Of a stretch of DNA of 64,000 nt, positions 40,370 through 50,348 are shown piece by piece. The notes under the pieces are model-generated. The model worked only from the letters and a program-made list of their open reading frames with translations, made no database searches and was not told the DNA's origin. The stretch covers positions 321,560 through 385,559 of the forward strand of contig CAWCPM010000002.1 of assembly GCA_963797565.1 (NCBI GenBank), written 5' to 3'. Position 1 is the first letter of the stretch, and each line of letters begins with the position of its first letter. This stretch comes from an uncultured Actinomycetes bacterium (GTDB taxonomy: Bacteria; Actinomycetota; Thermoleophilia; Gaiellales; JAICJC01). Both the position numbers and the translations under genes were made by a program.

Positions 40370-43300
40370 TTACGACAGGGAGACGGTTGCGCTGCCCGTG
40401 TAGTCGTTGTACGGGTCGAGCACGATCGTGTAGGTGCCGGCCACCGGCGCCGTCAGCCCGAACGAGGTCGAGCCCAGCACCCACGACGGCGACAGCAGCG
40501 CCGTGCCGTCCGGACGCAGCACCGAGACGCGCATGATCGGGACGCTGACCGCGCTCAGGTTCAGCATCAGCGACTGCCCGGCCGTGGCAGTGAACGTGAC
40601 CGCCCCACCCTGGCCGGGAGCATTCATCGCAGCCGTGAACCCAGGCCCGCCCTGCGTGATCGACCCGGCCGCATCCGGCGGCACGTCGTAGACGGTCACC
40701 GACAACGGTCCTGTTGAGGCGTCGAACGGATCCACGGCGATGGTGTAGGTGCCGGACACCGGCAGCGTGGTCACGTCGATGAAGGTGTTACCCGGCGCCA
40801 TGGTCGCGAGCAGGATCGTGGCGTCCGGCTTGCTGACGGTGAACCGCACCGACATCGCCGTCGTGAGGCGGAAGCTGACCCGCTCGCCGGCCACGCCGTT
40901 GAAGCTGACGAGCCCGTTCTGGCCGGGCACCGTGATCGGGATCGAGGCCGCGGCGCCGCCGGGCGTGGTCGTCGCAGACGCGTCGGCCGGGACGCTGAAG
41001 GCGGTCAGCGTCATCGTCACCGCCGAGCCGCCCGACGGGTCGATCACGATCGTGTAGGTGCCGGTGGCCGGCAGCGTGTGGGTGTCGAGGAAACCGCCCG
41101 ACGAGGAGACGTAGAAGGTCGCGAAGATGGAGCCGTCCGGCGCGCGCACATCGAGCCGCGTCTGCGGCAGCGCGCTGCCGGTGACCGTCATGCTCATCCG
41201 CGTGCCGGCCACCCCGGCGAACGTGATGCCGGCGTTCTGTCCGGCGCCCAGCGAGATCGTGAGCGGCGCTCCGCCCACGGTGATGCTGCCGGTGAGATCG
41301 ACCGGCACACCCAGCACCTGGACGGTGGCGCTGCCCACCGCCGCCCCCTGCGGATCGATGCGGATCGTGTAGGTGCCGCTGGCCGGAAGCGCGATCGCGT
41401 CGATGAAGCCGCCCGAGCCGTAGGCGATGGTGGAGCCCGCAGGTGACACCAGCGTCACCGACGTGGCGGCCATGCCGGAGGTGCTGTAGCTGACGCTGAC
41501 CGACTGGCCGGCCGCGCCCGGGAACGTGACCGAGGCGTTCTGGCCGGGCACCGTGGTGGTGAGCGTGACCGGTGCTGCTGCCACCGAGGTGGTCGCCGTC
41601 GGATCGGGCGGCACGTCGTACAGCGTGTAGCTGACGCTGCCGGTGCCGACGTCCTGGGGGTCGGCCACCACCGTGTAGGTGCCGGTCTGCTTGAGCGTGG
41701 CCGCGTCCACGAACGAGGTGCCGGCGCCGGTGTAGCCCGGCCCCGCGAGCACCGTGCCGTCCGGGTTCAGGATCGACGTCTTCAGCAGGTAGAAGGTGGA
41801 GCTGACACCGAGGCTGACGCGCCGGCCGGCCACGCCGCTGAACGTGAACAGCGCGTTCTGGCCCGCCGCCGTTGTGGTGGCCGACGCGGGAGCGCCGCCC
41901 GGCGTGATGGTGGTCGTGACGTCGGGCGGCACGTCGTAGAGCGTCAGCGTGACCGGCCCGGTGCGCTCGTCCTGTGGGTCGGCCAGGATCGTGTACGTGC
42001 CGTCGGAGGGCAGCTGCACGGTGTCGATGAAACCGTTGCCGGCGCTCGTGTAGAGCGGCCCCGCCAGCTGCGTCCCGCCCGGCCCGATGATGATCGTCTT
42101 CAGGAAGCTGATGCTGCTGGACGTGGCCAGCGCCACCCGCCGCCCGGCCGCGCCCGTGAAGCTGGCGACCGCGTTCTGGCCGGGCACGGTGGTGGTCAGC
42201 GTCACCGGAGGCCCGCCGGGGCTGATCGCCGCCGTCGCATCCGGCGGCACGTTGAAGAGCTGGATCGCCATGCTGCCGCCGCCCGCCTGCAGCGGGTGCA
42301 CGCGCACCACGTAGCTGCCGGACTGCTGCAGCGTGAACGAGTCGATGAACGCGCTGCCGGTGGACAGCGTCTTCGAGGCGGCCGTGGACCCGTCCGGGTT
42401 GCTGATGGTGACGGTGCTGCTGGTGATCGTCGACGCCGACAGCAGGGCGCTCACGCGCGTGCCGGCGGTGCCGTCGAAGGCGAGCAGCTGGTCCTCGCCG
42501 GCACCCGAGGTGACGGTGACCGGCGCTCCGCCGATCACGATCGGGCTCGGCGATACGCCGGTGACGCTGCCGCTGTCGGTGCCGCCGCTGCTGGTGGCCG
42601 TGGCGGTAACGGTGGTGCTGCCCGGGGCGGGCGTGAACTGGCCGGTGTAGCTGCCGTCGCCCTGGGCCGTCAGCGCGACCGGCTGGCCGTTGGCGGCCGC
42701 GGTGACGGTCACGCCCGCGAGGTCGCCGCAGACGCCGGCCAGCAGGCGCACGGTCACCGGGTGGCCGGCGGCGGCCACGAAGCCCTGGCCGGGAGCGTCG
42801 ATCACCAGCTGCGGCTTGTTGCTGCAGGTGAGCGCGTTTCCGGCGTCGAGACGGCCCTGGCTGGCGCTGGTGCCGGCGAGTGCCGCGGGGCGGTCGACCG
42901 TGCGCAGCAGCAGCGCCTTGATGGTGTCGGCGGTGGCGGCCGGATGCGCGGCCAGCACCAGCGCGGCCGCACCGGCCACGTGAGGCGAGGCCATCGAGGT
43001 GCCGCTCTCGGACTTGTAGGCCTTGCCCGGCCAGGTCGAGTAGATGCTGACGCCGGGCGCCGCCAGATCGACGCTGCTCTGCCCGTAGTTCGAGAAGTAG
43101 GCGAGATGGTCGGTCGAGTCGCTGGCACCCACCGAGATGATGTTGGGCAGATCGAAGTCGGCCGGGTAGGTGGGCGTCGTATCGCTGTTCGTGCCGTCGT
43201 TGCCTGCAGCGGCAACGAACAGGTCGCCGTGCGCGTTCGCGTCGGCGATGGCGTCATACAGGGCCTGCGAGTACTCGGTGTCGCCCCAGGAGTTGTTCGT

Positions 43301-44209
43301 GATGCGCACGCCCATGGCGGTCGCATACCGCAGCGCGGCGACCGCGCCGGCCACGTCGCCGGTGCCGTCGGCGCCGATGAACTTGAGCGGCATCAGCTGC
43401 ACGTTCCAGTTGACCCCGGTGACGCCGGTGCCGTTGTTGCCGACCGCACCGATGGTGCCGGACACGTGGGTGCCGTGCCCGTTGTCGTCGGTCGGGTTGT
43501 TGTCGTTGTTGATGAAGTCCCAGCCGCGCCAGTCATCGACGTAGCCGTTGTGGTCGTTGTCGATGCCGTCGTTGCGGCAGCCGGGGCAGTTCTCGCCGGG
43601 GTTGATCCACATGTTCGCGGCCAGGTCGGGATGGGCGGCATCGATGCCGGTGTCGATCACGCCCACGACCACCGACTTCTTGCCCGTGGTGACGCCCCAG
43701 GCCCGCTCCGCTCCGATGTCGGCGCCCGGCGTGCCGGCTGCGAAGTCGACGGTCTGGCCGGTGTTGTTGAGGCCCCACTCCTTCTTGAACTGGGGATCGT
43801 TCGGCACCGGGTTGGCGAATAGGTGGATCGTGCGGTCGGGCTCGACGTAGCTGACGTCGGCGTTGCCCTCGAGCAGCGAGATGGCGCGCGCGGACGCGCG
43901 CGGCGCGACCGTTGCCAGCTGCACGCGGGCGCTGCCCAGAGCGGTGCCGGTGCCGGCTCCGGCCGCAGCCAGCGCCTGCTTGCGGTCGCCGGCCGAAACG
44001 CCGTGCCGGAAGCCCACGATCAGCTTGCCCGGTATCACCACGGACGCCTGCGGCGCCGGTGCGCACGGGGGCATGGCGCACACCGGCCGTCGCCCGTCCG
44101 CCTGCGCCGGACACGACAACCGAGAGCACGACCACCAAAGCGGCAACGCGAAGACCCCGAGCCATGCTCCCACGCTACATGTGCAACATGGGCGTGGCAA
44201 TCCTCGCAT
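40370..44209 (-). CDS. secreted S8 (subtilisin) family serine peptidase with about seven tandem C-terminal beta-domains
   Basis: Catalytic motifs VGVIDTGID, HGTHVSG and GTSMASPHVAG, followed by repeated modules of about 100 aa. Confidence 0.85.
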   Translation of the reverse strand: MRGLPRPCCTCSVGAWLGVFALPLWWSCSRLSCPAQADGRRPVCAMPPCAPAPQASVVIPGKLIVGFRHGVSAGDRKQALAAAGAGTGTALGSARVQLATVAPRASARAISLLEGNADVSYVEPDRTIHLFANPVPNDPQFKKEWGLNNTGQTVDFAAGTPGADIGAERAWGVTTGKKSVVVGVIDTGIDAAHPDLAANMWINPGENCPGCRNDGIDNDHNGYVDDWRGWDFINNDNNPTDDNGHGTHVSGTIGAVGNNGTGVTGVNWNVQLMPLKFIGADGTGDVAGAVAALRYATAMGVRITNNSWGDTEYSQALYDAIADANAHGDLFVAAAGNDGTNSDTTPTYPADFDLPNIISVGASDSTDHLAYFSNYGQSSVDLAAPGVSIYSTWPGKAYKSESGTSMASPHVAGAAALVLAAHPAATADTIKALLLRTVDRPAALAGTSASQGRLDAGNALTCSNKPQLVIDAPGQGFVAAAGHPVTVRLLAGVCGDLAGVTVTAAANGQPVALTAQGDGSYTGQFTPAPGSTTVTATATSSGGTDSGSVTGVSPSPIVIGGAPVTVTSGAGEDQLLAFDGTAGTRVSALLSASTITSSTVTISNPDGSTAASKTLSTGSAFIDSFTLQQSGSYVVRVHPLQAGGGSMAIQLFNVPPDATAAISPGGPPVTLTTTVPGQNAVASFTGAAGRRVALATSSSISFLKTIIIGPGGTQLAGPLYTSAGNGFIDTVQLPSDGTYTILADPQDERTGPVTLTLYDVPPDVTTTITPGGAPASATTTAAGQNALFTFSGVAGRRVSLGVSSTFYLLKTSILNPDGTVLAGPGYTGAGTSFVDAATLKQTGTYTVVADPQDVGTGSVSYTLYDVPPDPTATTSVAAAPVTLTTTVPGQNASVTFPGAAGQSVSVSYSTSGMAATSVTLVSPAGSTIAYGSGGFIDAIALPASGTYTIRIDPQGAAVGSATVQVLGVPVDLTGSITVGGAPLTISLGAGQNAGITFAGVAGTRMSMTVTGSALPQTRLDVRAPDGSIFATFYVSSSGGFLDTHTLPATGTYTIVIDPSGGSAVTMTLTAFSVPADASATTTPGGAAASIPITVPGQNGLVSFNGVAGERVSFRLTTAMSVRFTVSKPDATILLATMAPGNTFIDVTTLPVSGTYTIAVDPFDASTGPLSVTVYDVPPDAAGSITQGGPGFTAAMNAPGQGGAVTFTATAGQSLMLNLSAVSVPIMRVSVLRPDGTALLSPSWVLGSTSFGLTAPVAGTYTIVLDPYNDYTGSATVSLS
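40373..42560 (-). repeat. tandem coding repeats (about 7 x about 300 bp) inside the S8 peptidase gene
   Basis: The protein-level period is ..[YF][DNS]VP[PAV]D..[ST]I..GG.P......PGQN....F.G.AG.R.S...........PDG.........FID...L...GTYT...DP.....G...... Confidence 0.7.
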
Positions 44210-44312
44210 GGGGGATCATTCGGGGCACTCGGATCGGTTGACGTTGGGTGAATGCGGGTACTCCGATCTGGTGATGGTGAACGGCCTCGAACATCGGCAC
44301 ACTGGCGCCTCA

Positions 44313-44882
44313 ATGAGGCTCCAAACTCAACGCTCCGCCGGCGATCCGGCAACCGTCGCCGCGGCCGTACGCGACGCTGCGCTGGTGCTGGTCGCCGTGC
44401 AGCAGGTCGACCAGCGGGCGGCGCTCGACCGCGAGCGGCCCGCTCCGACGCCGTCGGAGGTGGCGGAACTGCGCGACGCCGCGCGAGCGGCCGGCGCGCG
44501 CCTGGCCGGCCTCACCGACGGCGGGTCAGCCGTGCTGCTCGAGTATCTGCATGCAAGCCGGGCTCACCTCGCCGGCCGGGCAGGGGCACAGGATGCCATC
44601 CAGGTCGCCACCCACGAGCTGTGGCGCTGCTTCGACCGGCCGATCGCGGCCCTGGTCGGGTTCTGCGCGAACGCGGACGTCGACCTCACGCGCTCGCTGG
44701 ACGCGCCGGGTCGGATCACGCTCTGCTCTACCGACGACTTCATCGTCTGCTGCTGCCGCCTGGCCGAGCAGGGCGCGTACGCCACCTGGCCGTCGGTGGC
44801 GATGGCGCTGCGTCACACCATGCAGCTGATGATCAGCACGCACGCGGCCATGGACGCGGCGTACCCCGACGCGGCCGTCTGA
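44313..44882 (+). CDS. hypothetical 189-aa protein upstream of rtcB
   Basis: ATG at 44313 in ORF 43863..44882. Ala/Leu-rich and helical, with a Cys cluster ..FIVCCCRL... No family recognised. Confidence 0.4.
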   Translation: MRLQTQRSAGDPATVAAAVRDAALVLVAVQQVDQRAALDRERPAPTPSEVAELRDAARAAGARLAGLTDGGSAVLLEYLHASRAHLAGRAGAQDAIQVATHELWRCFDRPIAALVGFCANADVDLTRSLDAPGRITLCSTDDFIVCCCRLAEQGAYATWPSVAMALRHTMQLMISTHAAMDAAYPDAAV

Positions 44883-44930
44883 CCGCGAGATCATCCACAA
44901 TCGGATATCAACGCCCCGGAAGGAGGCGAC

Positions 44931-46283
44931 ATGACCGACCGGCCGGCAACCACGATGGTGGTCGAGGATCGGCCCTACCGCGAGCTCGACGACGGGCTGA
45001 TCGGTGTCTACGGCTACACCTACGACGAGCAGGCGATCACCCAGATCCGCACCGTGTCGCGGCACGGCTGGGTGGCCGGCGCGTCGCTGATGGCCGACAA
45101 CCACGTCGGCTACTCGATGCCGATCGGCGGAGTCGCCGCGTACCGCGAGATGGTCTCGCCCTCGGGCGTCGGCTACGACATCGGCTGCGGCGTGATGGCG
45201 GTGCGCACGGCGCTATCGATCGACGAGGTGCGGGGCGACCTGGGACGGCTGGCCGACGAGATCGCGCGCGGCCTCAGCTTCGGGGTCGGCCGCAAGAATG
45301 CCACCCGCGTCGAGCACCGGCTGTTCGACTCGGAGACATGGGCCGCGGTCCCGGAGCTGACCGAGCAGGTCGCCGGGCGCAAGGGCTCGTGGTCGCTGCG
45401 GGAGCGCGCGGAGGCGCAGCTGGGCACGGTCGGATCCGGCAACCACTACGTCGACCTGCTGGTCGAGCCGGCCGACGGCGCGGTCTGGATCGCCGCACAC
45501 TTCGGCAGCCGCGGCTTCGGCCACGGTGTGGCGACGGGCTTCCTGAACGTCGCAGCGGGCCGCGAGTTCCACGCCGGGCAGATCAGCGGCGAGTCGATGC
45601 ACGCCGTGCCGTCGCTGCTGCCGCTATCGGAGGCGGCGGCGGTCGAGCTCGGCTACGCCGACCCGGCCTGGGCGGCGGAGCAGGGCCGCCGGTATCAGCA
45701 GGCGATGGTGCTGGCCGGCGAGTACGCCTATGCCGGGCGGGAGTACGTGATCTCGGAGGTGCTGGGCATGTTGGGAGCTCCGGAGGTGGTCGAGACGGTG
45801 CACAACCACCACAACTACGCGTGGGATGAGGAGCACGCCGGCGAGCAGCTGCACGTGGTTCGCAAGGGCGCGACGCCCGCGTTCCCGGGCCAGACCGGGT
45901 TCATCGGCGGCTCGATGGGTGACTGGGCGGTCGTGGTCGAGGGCGTCGAGTCGGACCTGGCGGCACGGACCTTCCGCTCGACGGTGCACGGGGCGGGACG
46001 GGTTATGAGCCGCTCCAAGGCTAAGGGCAACCGCAAGGGCACCTTCAAGGGCCTGATCAGCCGGCAGATGATGGCCGAGCGGCTGCATGAGTTCCGAGCC
46101 GAAACCGGCTCGCCGCTCGAGGTGCGAGGCGGCGACGTGGACGAGTCGCCGTTCGTGTACCGGAAGCTGGACGAGGTCGTGCGGGCGCACGAGCAGACCG
46201 ACACCATCAAGGTCACCCATCGGCTGCTGCCGATCGTGGTCGTGATGGCGGGCGCCGACGTGCACGATCCGTTCAAGGACTAG
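44931..46283 (+). CDS. rtcB: RNA 3'-phosphate/5'-OH ligase RtcB
   Basis: ..ADNHVGYSMPIGGV.., ..GYDIGCG.., ..GSGNHY.., ..HNHHNY.., ..GSMG.. metal and guanylylation-site motifs. SD GGAAGGAGG is upstream. Confidence 0.9.
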   Translation: MTDRPATTMVVEDRPYRELDDGLIGVYGYTYDEQAITQIRTVSRHGWVAGASLMADNHVGYSMPIGGVAAYREMVSPSGVGYDIGCGVMAVRTALSIDEVRGDLGRLADEIARGLSFGVGRKNATRVEHRLFDSETWAAVPELTEQVAGRKGSWSLRERAEAQLGTVGSGNHYVDLLVEPADGAVWIAAHFGSRGFGHGVATGFLNVAAGREFHAGQISGESMHAVPSLLPLSEAAAVELGYADPAWAAEQGRRYQQAMVLAGEYAYAGREYVISEVLGMLGAPEVVETVHNHHNYAWDEEHAGEQLHVVRKGATPAFPGQTGFIGGSMGDWAVVVEGVESDLAARTFRSTVHGAGRVMSRSKAKGNRKGTFKGLISRQMMAERLHEFRAETGSPLEVRGGDVDESPFVYRKLDEVVRAHEQTDTIKVTHRLLPIVVVMAGADVHDPFKD

Positions 46284-46447
46284 GGAGCCCTCCCCACTCC
46301 GCGCCGTCGCCCTACCTCAATCCGTGGGGCAATCTCAGTAACCGGCCAGCGCTCCGGCACCCGTCGGAGGGCCTGACCGGACACGCAGTCGGTCGATCCA
46401 TATGACGTCCCGCGCCGTGCGGGACGAGGGGTCTAACTCGTAGTCAT

Positions 46448-48091
46448 ATGGGGGTCATCATGGCGAATCGCCATGTGCTGGCCACGCGCATGCTTGCGCT
46501 GGTCCTGCTCATCGTGGTGACGGTCGGCGGCGTGTCCGCAAACGCCGCCGGTCAAACCAATTCAACTACCGGATACGTGTCGTACGGCGGGACGCGCTCG
46601 CAGTCCCGGACGTTCACCGCTCCGGCCGGCGCGCACGTGTCCTTGAAGCTCACCTGGAGGAACACCGCGGCCGACCTGCACCTCACCGTGCGTCGGCCGG
46701 ACGGCACCGTGGTCACCGCGGCCCGCCGCACGATCCGCCCGCAGACGGCCAGCTTCGCCGTCCCCGAGGCGCAGACCTACACCGCGGTGGTGAGGGCCAT
46801 GAGCGGTCATTCGCACTACACCCTCGACGTAACCGTGGTGCGAAACCACGCACCGACGGCGGTCGCCGACACGGCCTCGACCACCCAGGGCGCTGCGGTG
46901 ACCGTGAGCCCGCTGGCCAACGACACCGACCCGGACGGCGACGCGCTATCGCTGACCAACGTCGGCACTGCGGCCAACGGCACGGTGGCGATGGGCTCGG
47001 CAGGAGCGGTCACCTACACGCCGGCCGCCGGATTCACGGGGTCCGACTGGTTCTCCTACACCGTCTGTGACAACCGCACGCCCAGCGCCTGTGCGAGCTC
47101 GACCGTCACGGTCACCGTCACGCCCATCGTCACGCCTCCGCCGAACGCCCTGCGCTGGGCACCGCCCGTGCTGACGAACCCGGTCACGATCACGCTTCCG
47201 GCGACCGGCGACCAGACGCTGAACCTGGACAACTCGCGCGACTATCTGATCCGCTACCCGGCGGTCAGGCGGGTCGGCGAGCTGCACCTGATCGGCGGGC
47301 GAAACATCGTGATCATCGGCGGGGCCTCCACCATCGCACCGCACGCCGGTACCGGCGTGCGCAACATCCAGATCTCCGACAAGCCGGGAGTGATGGACGG
47401 GCGAGTGATCCACATCGAGGGGCTCGACATCGACGGCTCGGGCGGCGGCGAGGCCGACGGCATCGGCATCGGCGCGCCCAGCGCGATCGTCCAGATCGAG
47501 AACGTCCGGATCACCGGCCTGATCGGGCACCTCAGCTCGACCCACGCCGATGTGATCCAGACCTGGGGTGGCGTCAAGGAGCTGCGCGTCTACGACCTGA
47601 CCGGCGCCAGCCATTACAACAACCTCTACCTGCGGCGTGAGAACAGCCCGCTTGGTCCGGCCATCGGCCCCGTCACGCTCGATCACGTCAACATGTTCGG
47701 CTACGTCAACCCGGCCGGCTGGGACATCCCGTCCACGCTGCGGGCGCTCGCGATCGGCACCCAGCCCGCCGACACAGACTGCGACGGGAAGGGCCACTGC
47801 GGGCCGTCGAACCCCGACAGCACCACCAACTGCCAGCTGTCATCGCCGATGACGCTGAACCAGTTCTACGGCGCGCCGCCCGCCGGCTCGCTGCAGCGGT
47901 TCATGTGGCCGACGGACTACGGCGTGGCGGCCGGATGCCCGTCCGCACTGTCGGCCGACGGCCAGAGCGCCTACTGGCCGGCGCTCACCAGTCTCATCAC
48001 CGGGGTGATGCAGCTGGGACCGCCGCCGGGCGGCGACTTCGTGCCGGCCGGCTCGGTCGGCGTCGGGTACGTGTCGCCCGGGTACCAGTAG
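46448..48091 (+). CDS. secreted protein with PPC-like, cadherin-like (DTDPDGD) and beta-helix-like regions
   Basis: Signal peptide. ..APTAVADTASTTQGAAVTVSPLANDTDPDGDALSLT..VTYTPAAGFTGSDWFSYTV.. is a cadherin-like/VCBS-type module. Confidence 0.55.
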   Translation: MGVIMANRHVLATRMLALVLLIVVTVGGVSANAAGQTNSTTGYVSYGGTRSQSRTFTAPAGAHVSLKLTWRNTAADLHLTVRRPDGTVVTAARRTIRPQTASFAVPEAQTYTAVVRAMSGHSHYTLDVTVVRNHAPTAVADTASTTQGAAVTVSPLANDTDPDGDALSLTNVGTAANGTVAMGSAGAVTYTPAAGFTGSDWFSYTVCDNRTPSACASSTVTVTVTPIVTPPPNALRWAPPVLTNPVTITLPATGDQTLNLDNSRDYLIRYPAVRRVGELHLIGGRNIVIIGGASTIAPHAGTGVRNIQISDKPGVMDGRVIHIEGLDIDGSGGGEADGIGIGAPSAIVQIENVRITGLIGHLSSTHADVIQTWGGVKELRVYDLTGASHYNNLYLRRENSPLGPAIGPVTLDHVNMFGYVNPAGWDIPSTLRALAIGTQPADTDCDGKGHCGPSNPDSTTNCQLSSPMTLNQFYGAPPAGSLQRFMWPTDYGVAAGCPSALSADGQSAYWPALTSLITGVMQLGPPPGGDFVPAGSVGVGYVSPGYQ

Positions 48092-48149
48092 TCCTCAGAA
48101 AAGGAGCGGTCGCCCTTCACGGGGCGGCCGCTCGTTTCGTTCGTTCCGG

Positions 48150-48437
48150 CTACGAGCTGGGCGGCGGCGCCGTCTCGGTCACGGTCACGGTGTTGGTGAC
48201 CGTGCTGGGCGGCGACGTCTGGGTCTGGGTGATCGTCTGAGTGCCGCCGGTGATCACCGTCGTCTGCGCTCCGCCGTTGCTGTCGCCCGCGACCAGCACG
48301 CCGACCAGGACGCCGATCACCAGGGCGGCCACCATCCCGGCCACCGCCAGCGCGATCCGCGGCGACGTCCATCCGTCGTTCGACGGTGCCGGTGGCTGAG
48401 GAGGCCCGGGCTGCGGCGGTGGCGGCTGGTAGGTCAT
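48150..48437 (-). CDS. Pro-rich small membrane protein
   Basis: N-terminal PPPPQPGPP tract, one TM helix, and a Thr-rich tail. Confidence 0.4.
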   Translation of the reverse strand: MTYQPPPPQPGPPQPPAPSNDGWTSPRIALAVAGMVAALVIGVLVGVLVAGDSNGGAQTTVITGGTQTITQTQTSPPSTVTNTVTVTETAPPPSS

Positions 48438-48495
48438 GCCGGCCCGATGGTACCCAAACGGCCACCCGACCTCCGGTTTGGAGCAGCCCGGGTGT

Positions 48496-49797
48496 TCAGG
48501 CCCGGGAACGGCGAGCGGCGCGGGCCAGCTCGACGTAGCGGGCCAGGGCCTGATCGGCCTCGCCGGCGTCGCGGTCGCGCAGCGCGGCGCGCACGGCCCT
48601 GCCGGCCGTGTCGACGTGCACGGTGGCCAGGTTCAGCCGCCGCTGCACCGGCCCCTGCACGCGCCGCAGGCTCTGCACCTTCTCCAGCGGCACCCAGCAG
48701 GTGGTGCGCCGCAGGCGCCCGCTGGTGGTGACCACGCAGGTATCCGTGCCGCCCCAGGCCAGCATGCGGTAGCGGAGCGGGCTCTTGAACCGGACGCGAC
48801 GGGGCGGCGGCGACTGGCGCTGCGGGCGATCGGGCACGATCCGGTCGAGCACCTGCTCGACCAGCGGCCGGCGACCGACCGGCAGCACGACGCGGAGCTG
48901 GCGCCGCTGCGCGGTGCCGTCCCCGTCCGACGGCTGGCGTCCGCCCGCCAGGTCGACCTGGAGCCGGCACCACCCGAACGGCCGCCACAGCAGCGGCTCC
49001 ACCATCCGCACGGCCTGCACACGGCCGGGCCGGATCGTCTCGGATGTGAGCGAGACGAGCCCGCCGCTCAGACGCAGCCCGTCGGGCGCATCGGCGACGG
49101 TCAGCCGGTATTCCAGGTTGAACCGGCGCCAGGTGACGGTGACGACGCCGAGCAGCCAGACCAGGCCGCCGCCGCTGATCACGGCAGAGGCGACCGCAGG
49201 GGCCAGCAGCGCTGTCACGACCAGCGCCGCCAGCACCGCCTCGGCGTAGAAGCCGACGTCGCTGATCAGGATCGACGCGACCAGCCGGGCGGTGGGAACC
49301 GTCGTCAGCACGTGCTCCGCGGCCGGCACCACGGCCGGCGCCGCCTGGTCGGGCGGCGCTCCGTGGGCGAGCGCCAGCAGCTGGGCGCGGAGCGCCTCGA
49401 CCTCGCCGGCCGCGACGTACGAGAGCCGGGCGGCGCCGCCGGACGAGCCTCCCATCCGCAGCCGCAGCTCGGCGGCGCCCAGCAGGCGCCCCAGCCCCGG
49501 ACGCAGGACGTCGATCGCCTGCACCTGCGACAGCGGGAACCGCAGCGAGCGGCGCCGCAGCACCCCGGTCTCGATCCGCAGATCGTCACCGTCGATCATC
49601 CAGCGGGTGACGAACCATGAGACGAACCCGAGGATGGTGATGAGGGCGATCACGCCCAGCGGGACGAGGTCGCCGGCCGAGATGCCGCCGCGCAGCAGCG
49701 CCGGCAGCAGCAGGATCGCGATGCCGATCGTGCCGCGGCCGCCGCGTACGATCGGGGACAGCGGGTACAGCCGCCGCCACGCGCCCGGCTCGCTCAT
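48496..49797 (-). CDS. membrane protein with repeated bacterial PH (YdbT-like) domains
   Basis: Alternating TM pairs and PH-like modules. Coupled to the YdbS-like gene upstream. Confidence 0.65.
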   Translation of the reverse strand: MSEPGAWRRLYPLSPIVRGGRGTIGIAILLLPALLRGGISAGDLVPLGVIALITILGFVSWFVTRWMIDGDDLRIETGVLRRRSLRFPLSQVQAIDVLRPGLGRLLGAAELRLRMGGSSGGAARLSYVAAGEVEALRAQLLALAHGAPPDQAAPAVVPAAEHVLTTVPTARLVASILISDVGFYAEAVLAALVVTALLAPAVASAVISGGGLVWLLGVVTVTWRRFNLEYRLTVADAPDGLRLSGGLVSLTSETIRPGRVQAVRMVEPLLWRPFGWCRLQVDLAGGRQPSDGDGTAQRRQLRVVLPVGRRPLVEQVLDRIVPDRPQRQSPPPRRVRFKSPLRYRMLAWGGTDTCVVTTSGRLRRTTCWVPLEKVQSLRRVQGPVQRRLNLATVHVDTAGRAVRAALRDRDAGEADQALARYVELARAARRSRA

Positions 49798-50291
49798 ATC
49801 CCGGCCGCCTGCGCCTCCCCCAGCTCGGCCAGCCGGTCGCGCAGGCGGGCCGCCTCCTCGCGCTCCAGCCCGGGTATGCGCGCATCGCTGGCGGCCGCGG
49901 CCGTGTGCATCTTGACGGTGGCGAGCCGGAACGACCGCTCCAGCGGGCCGGCAGTGACGTCGACGAACTGCATGCGGCCGTAGGGCACCACCGAGAGCCT
50001 CGAGAACAGCACGCCGCGCCGAACCAGCAGGTCGTCCTCGCGCTCGGCGTACCCCCAGGACGAGAAGCGGCGCCGCACGACCCGCTCCGCGACCAGCCCC
50101 GCGATCACCACCAGCAGGGCGGCGCCGGCACCGAGCCAGGCCGAGAAGTTGAGCCAGCCGAGGACGGCGGCGGCGACCGCAGCTGCCACCGTCAGGCCCG
50201 CCACCTCCAGCCGGCGCAGCACGAGCAGTCGCGCCGACGGCGTCCGCCAGTGCAAGTCCGTGCGCACGCTCAGTTCGGGCCCAGAGACCAT
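49794..50291 (-). CDS. YdbS-like bacterial PH-domain membrane protein
   Basis: Two TM helices followed by ..RRGVLFSRLSVVPYGRMQFVDV.. (bPH_2 type). Confidence 0.65.
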   Translation of the reverse strand: MVSGPELSVRTDLHWRTPSARLLVLRRLEVAGLTVAAAVAAAVLGWLNFSAWLGAGAALLVVIAGLVAERVVRRRFSSWGYAEREDDLLVRRGVLFSRLSVVPYGRMQFVDVTAGPLERSFRLATVKMHTAAAASDARIPGLEREEAARLRDRLAELGEAQAAGI

Positions 50292-50348
50292 TTCGCGGAG
50301 TCTATGCCCGGACCCGTGCGTGCCCAGTCACCGGAACGGTGAGGGCCG

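Noticed and set aside
40373-42560. Periodic ~300-bp repetition that might look like a repeat array or CRISPR.
   Set aside because: The period is far too long and the copies are diverged. The repetition is in-frame protein domain repetition within the S8 peptidase. No short direct repeats with unique spacers were seen anywhere in the window.
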